The notes beneath the pieces were generated by a model. That model saw nothing but the letters and a program-made list of their open reading frames with translations. It did no database searches and was not told the origin of the DNA. From positions 1 to 41,960 of the forward strand of contig JAHPZJ010000003.1 of the NCBI GenBank assembly GCA_019058245.1: a stretch of DNA of 41,960 nt. The letters run 5' to 3'. The position numbers were made by a program, and so were the translations under genes. Source of the DNA: Promethearchaeota archaeon (GTDB lineage Archaea; Asgardarchaeota; Lokiarchaeia; Sigyniarchaeales; SOKP01). Each line of letters opens with the position of its first letter. The stretch's first letter is position 1. Of the stretch, positions 40,801 through 41,960 are shown piece after piece.

Positions 40801-41028
40801 AGACGAAGATATACTAACAAATGTAAAATTTATTGAATCAATTGCTCTGAAATTAGAATCTAAAGTAGGTTCAATAAACAATCCATCATCATTTTGGTGA
40901 GTCCACGTGAAAAAAACAGCATTGTCCTTAATAAATCGAACATCTTCATTATCAATATATTCAATATAAGGAATGTTAACTAAAACAAGAGATATAATAG
41001 GAACACATACTAAAATTCCCAAAACCAA
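37873..41028 (-). CDS. prenyltransferase/squalene-cyclase-like repeat ectodomain + TM + intact ABC ATPase
   Basis: About 11 QNxDGGF..STYY-type repeats rich in N-glycosylation sequons; TM WNLLLTYILLIEAAGIGVFILL; GESGAGKST, YVPQ, LSGGQ, LILDEPT, VITH. Confidence 0.88.
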   Translation of the reverse strand: MVLGILVCVPIISLVLVNIPYIEYIDNEDVRFIKDNAVFFTWTHQNDDGLFIEPTLDSNFRAIDSINFTFVSISSSELVNPNNISNQNVKTEKPNIFFDYIFEKQNIDGSYSDIGGFGNMISTYQAIKTLEIANQSYLQNKIQQNQTDNIINYINNSLNKEEGGFKLIPFLNITDLKSTSCAIYLANTLNGDFILRNENISKYINSTWLVGSYKMTNDALSLATAESTYYGIQAFLGMNMTYTSAELSAIYIYLSSLYNVIDYGFSNILGGPSDVQSTYYALSSLKRLGLPTPLLFDEQKTLSFILNCSNGDGGFRSSPNSNDNSDFISGWAAMKSIDILKLESLTESNLADIRKATLNYYEWLHFFQGQNSLFGGTTIEANFNGISALYNYNPKIFTEFINKEIMNEEILKNITNFVERCYNPYNGGFSSSPGENATLYATYCGLNIYDNLLPFTNKWPSDYQTGNITNYLSDLQNPDGGFSIGQDVEAVLNMYGAFYQVILYLINSNISTIESTYWALYSLELIDGLNNIDHVNLTHWMKSCQNPDGGFSLFIGFHSDVISTYYGLEIFTDLLNSEPLAKIDAIEFLKNSQTSDGSFLVLPAFGAYLDLPSNFLITYFGSKGLYDYRFQPENIKTTLNWYLQCVSNNTGGVGDNPGFGGDLRNVANAIVIVDELQYDQSFDSKPWNLLLTYILLIEAAGIGVFILLKLYKRLSIPQRIKLLLGIGGKLNESYLEKFPAINCENLSIFAGGKLIVDSVSMNVEHGKILGILGESGAGKSTFIKGLLGMRKITGFCQIYGMNMNKRTSRRIRPIYGYVPQDLGKIYQNFTTFDNLLYFGGQYGLTEKEIMSRAKRILRNLEIEDKMDELVKNLSGGQKRRVSIAIGLIHSPIFLILDEPTSGLDPVVRENLFLVLTKINEQFKTTLVVITHYPEESRFCNLIAIFGRKRGMIDFGQPKELLSNLPGKGRSIEVEFTNIKENAIEKLELIEGIDKVLENKAGTNYSIFSNLNIDTLVERIEEKIGKNSIQEVKQIDSKMEQYFRYKAMEVSK

Positions 41029-41069
41029 GATACTTTTTAATAATCGTTTTGTTTTGTGCCCTAAATTAA

Positions 41070-41960
41070 TTATTTTCTAATCACCTTTACATCCTTCGAA
41101 CCAATTTCTTTTTCTTCCTCTTGTAAAATTCTAATTTGAAAATACCTTCTAAAAGTAGCGATATCTTTACTCATTGAAGTTATTATAATATTATTATCTA
41201 ATATATACTCGATTACTTTTGGTAGATTTTCTTCAAAATTTTCCATTAAAACCTCAATTGCTTCGTTTCCTACTCTTATTATTCGTCTTATAGAGGGAAA
41301 TTTCTCAATAAAAGCAATTATTTTTTCATTTAGATTTTGAATTGTAAACCTTGCTATTAATCCTTCACTTGGTAGTGAAGATATCAGGTTTTGAGAAGTA
41401 TCAAATTCTAATAACCTTCCATCTCTTAAAATTGCCGCTTTATCACATATTAATGCTGCTTCTAAATCATGAGTAATTATAAACATCGTTGTATTTAACT
41501 TTTGGTTTAATTTCTTTAAATAGCTAAGGATATCATAACGCTTGGAGGCATCCACGCCTTAAACTCTGATAGTTGAATCAACTATATAGTGTAGTCGGCT
41601 CATCTAAGAATAGGACATGTGGATTATGAATTAAACCGATAGCCATTGACAGTCGTTTCTTTTCTCCCCCACTCATCTTTTCAACTTTCTTTTTCCAAGT
41701 ATCTTCTGGAATATCAAGGATTTTAAACAATCTTTCTGCTATTTCTTTTGCATTTTTTTTATTCATTCCATATGTAGAGGTAAATACCTCAACATTTACC
41801 ATTGGATCTAATTCGAAATACAAATTTAACATTTCAAGTTGAGGAACATATCCAATATTGCTGAGGATCTTTGAATGATTACTCTTTTTATCGGGAGATA
41901 AATCAGTAACTTTAACTTCTCCAGACCAATTTTTTTTTTCAATTTGACAGGTCATTACTC
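41070..41960 (-). CDS. ABC-2/DrrA-type ABC ATPase, 5'-truncated by the window edge, interrupted by a 31-nt BHB intron; exons >41960-41591 and 41559-41070
   Basis: [21 protein letters not shown] in exon 1; GVDASKR..IITHDLE..GRLL in exon 2; joined junction DEPTTGVDA. Confidence 0.88.
41560..41590 (-). other. candidate mRNA intron with bulge-helix-bulge motif
   Basis: GCC-GACT-AC^A-CT-AT-ATAGTTG-ATT-CAACTAT-C-AG-AGTT-TA^A-GGC: outer helix GCC/GGC, 4-bp central helix GACT/AGTT, two 3-nt bulges, inner hairpin. Confidence 0.82.

Noticed and set aside
9094-41028. Eukaryote-like protein prenylation pathway (prenyltransferase-like barrels + Rce1-like protease + CxC-ending protein)
   Set aside because: The genes are scattered, no alpha subunit is seen, the larger barrel appears extracellular and lacks zinc ligands, and CPBP proteases are ubiquitous
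41578-41580. In-frame TGA in the ABC gene as selenocysteine or readthrough
   Set aside because: The downstream half is in a different frame (31-nt insert), so readthrough cannot restore the protein; splicing does

Overview
Strongly AT-rich, gene-dense archaeal chromosomal window. Gene content (archaeal histone, S8e, SRP19, proteasome beta, archaeal GluRS, Hef, plus longin-, UEV-, PCI- and coatomer-appendage-like domains) points to an Asgard archaeon, probably Lokiarchaeia (inference). Main result: the ABC-ATPase gene at the right end is split into two ORFs by a 31-nt insert (41560-41590) that folds into a complete bulge-helix-bulge (BHB) motif. Removing it at the standard archaeal endonuclease cut positions restores the Walker B/D-loop DEPTTGVD and the reading frame, so it is a candidate mRNA intron in a non-cbf5 gene. 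Two tRNA genes in the same window carry three BHB introns at non-canonical positions (tRNA-Arg-GCG after nt 16 and at 45/46; tRNA-Pro-GGG at 27/28). The intron gene is the first visible gene of an unusual operon: ABC ATPase; ectodomain prenyltransferase-like barrel + TM + ABC ATPase; UEV/RWD-like + degenerate ABC ATPase; longin + TM. Other oddities are a 1470-aa barrel/PCI/coiled-coil/TM protein, a beta-COP/adaptin appendage-like gene split at an A17 tract, and a decayed ~340-bp duplicate of the hef promoter and 5' end flanking an HXXEE gene. No CRISPR array, rRNA or transposase was recognised. All domain calls are by eye, without database searches.
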